Assembly: GCA_965645245.1 (NCBI GenBank)
Contig: OZ287069.1
Span: forward strand, 2,480,001 to 2,544,000
DNA length: 64,000 bases
Source: Massalongia carnosa
Taxonomy: Eukaryota
Reading direction: 5' to 3'
The position numbers and the translations under genes are program-made. Shown one piece after another: positions 63,027 through 64,000 of the stretch. Every line of letters begins with the position of its first letter. The stretch's first letter is position 1. The notes beneath the pieces are model-generated. The model ran no database searches. It was not told the origin of the DNA and saw nothing but the letters and a program-made list of their open reading frames with translations.

Positions 63027-63201
63027 GCATCGTGAGCGAAGGAGTACATGGAACATGAGCCAACACTGCATTTGATGCTGATACACCGAGCAGTAGCATG
63101 ATTATCGATGGTAGTTAACCAGCGCCCTCTTATCTACAAGCGACCGGCGTTTCCCCTCCAAGATTCCGTCTCAATGAACCTTTTCTCCGAGGATATCAAG
63201 T

Positions 63202-63224
63202 CCGCCAGAAACCGGAAGATCCCG
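63202..63224. promoter_or_regulatory. CCG-N7-CCG-N7-CCG, candidate AOD2/AOD5 (AcuK/AcuM) alternative-oxidase induction motif
   Basis: CCG ccagaaa CCG gaagatc CCG about 420 bp upstream of the AOX ATG. Confidence 0.65.
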
Positions 63225-63645
63225 CTACTGATGATATTATGTTACTATTATTACTACCTAGAAACAACAAGACCCAAAGGGATCGTAATTCCGTCCTTCC
63301 GCAATATCCCGAACCACCCGGGAAGTCCCTGTGTTCGGTGATCCGTTTCGGGAAAACCTACTTAGGGCATTCAACTTTACTTGTTCGTAGCTATTTCTGT
63401 GTTTTTCCTTGCTCCGTGATTGGTGTCTTGTCCACTTGCCACAGGGTATGCGAATTATAATCGTCGTCTTTTTTAGAACGCCTTCATCATGAATCATACA
63501 TAAGCTGCCCCGCTGGACACCTCAGGATATCATTTCTTTGTTCGCAATCCGCAGTCAAGCAACAAACTTCATCTCTTCCAAGTCAAAGATTGGAAACACT
63601 TCCCTAAAACTTATTCAGCAGAATCCTCAGTCATCTGTTCCGACG

Positions 63646-64000
63646 ATGTACGCATCGACAAGACCAACGGCCATGTCCATGACAAGAGCTACAAAGCTGT
63701 CTCAATCCATCCAAACAATCCTAGATAGCTCAAAAACTCCCCTAATCAGACCTTACACTAGCCATCTTCTTCAACTACATATAATTTCTCCTAGACGACG
63801 ATTCACATCAACTCCCCGAACACAGCTCAAAGAATATTTCCCACCACCTAAAAATGCACCAAATATCAAGCTCACTGGTCCTGCATGGCATCATCCTGTG
63901 TAAGTTGCGTTTTCTGACCATGTGAAAACTTTGGTTGGCCTCGGATGCTTAATCTCGATTTTCAAGTCTCTTTTTGCGTACATCGCTAATTATTTTAGCT
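63646..64000 (+). CDS. AOX: Alternative oxidase, first exon (continues beyond the window)
   Basis: Mitochondrial presequence with RRRFTSTP, then EYFPPP..IKLTGPAWHHPV followed by a GTAAGT donor, as at the start of fungal AOX. The catalytic domain is outside the window. Confidence 0.75.

Noticed and set aside
1..64000. CRISPR arrays, rRNA/tRNA genes, Starship captain, secondary-metabolite cluster
   Set aside because: No repeat-spacer array, RNA gene, tyrosine recombinase or PKS/NRPS was recognised by eye; tRNAs cannot be fully excluded without a scan.

Overview
Intron-rich fungal (Pezizomycotina-type ascomycete) genomic DNA. Conserved gene blocks lie at about 2.7-19.8 kb (LYAR-type zinc finger, PEPCK, class III sirtuin, Icp55, Kar5, mito L6, Met22/Hal2, Rsm1/C3HC) and about 47.7-64 kb (CCT5, HP1/Swi6, hypothetical, Lsb5, WLM/Wss1-like, Vps71, alternative oxidase 5' end). 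Between them is an accessory tract (about 20-47 kb) with secreted-protein genes, pseudogenes, a full-length PDR ABC transporter and three intact DD34E Tc1 transposons. Two of the Tc1 copies are fused tail-to-tail on one shared TA, and two are near-identical inverted copies. Also present: a decayed Tc1-like element with ~80 bp TIRs and a non-TA target duplication; a LINE Gag-like CCHC ORF missed by the ORF track; a hydrophobin-like Cys pattern visible only after splicing; CGG-N7-CGG motifs upstream of both PEPCK and AOX; and several frames interrupted only by in-frame TAG. All calls come from reading motifs by eye, no searches were run, and exon boundaries are approximate.
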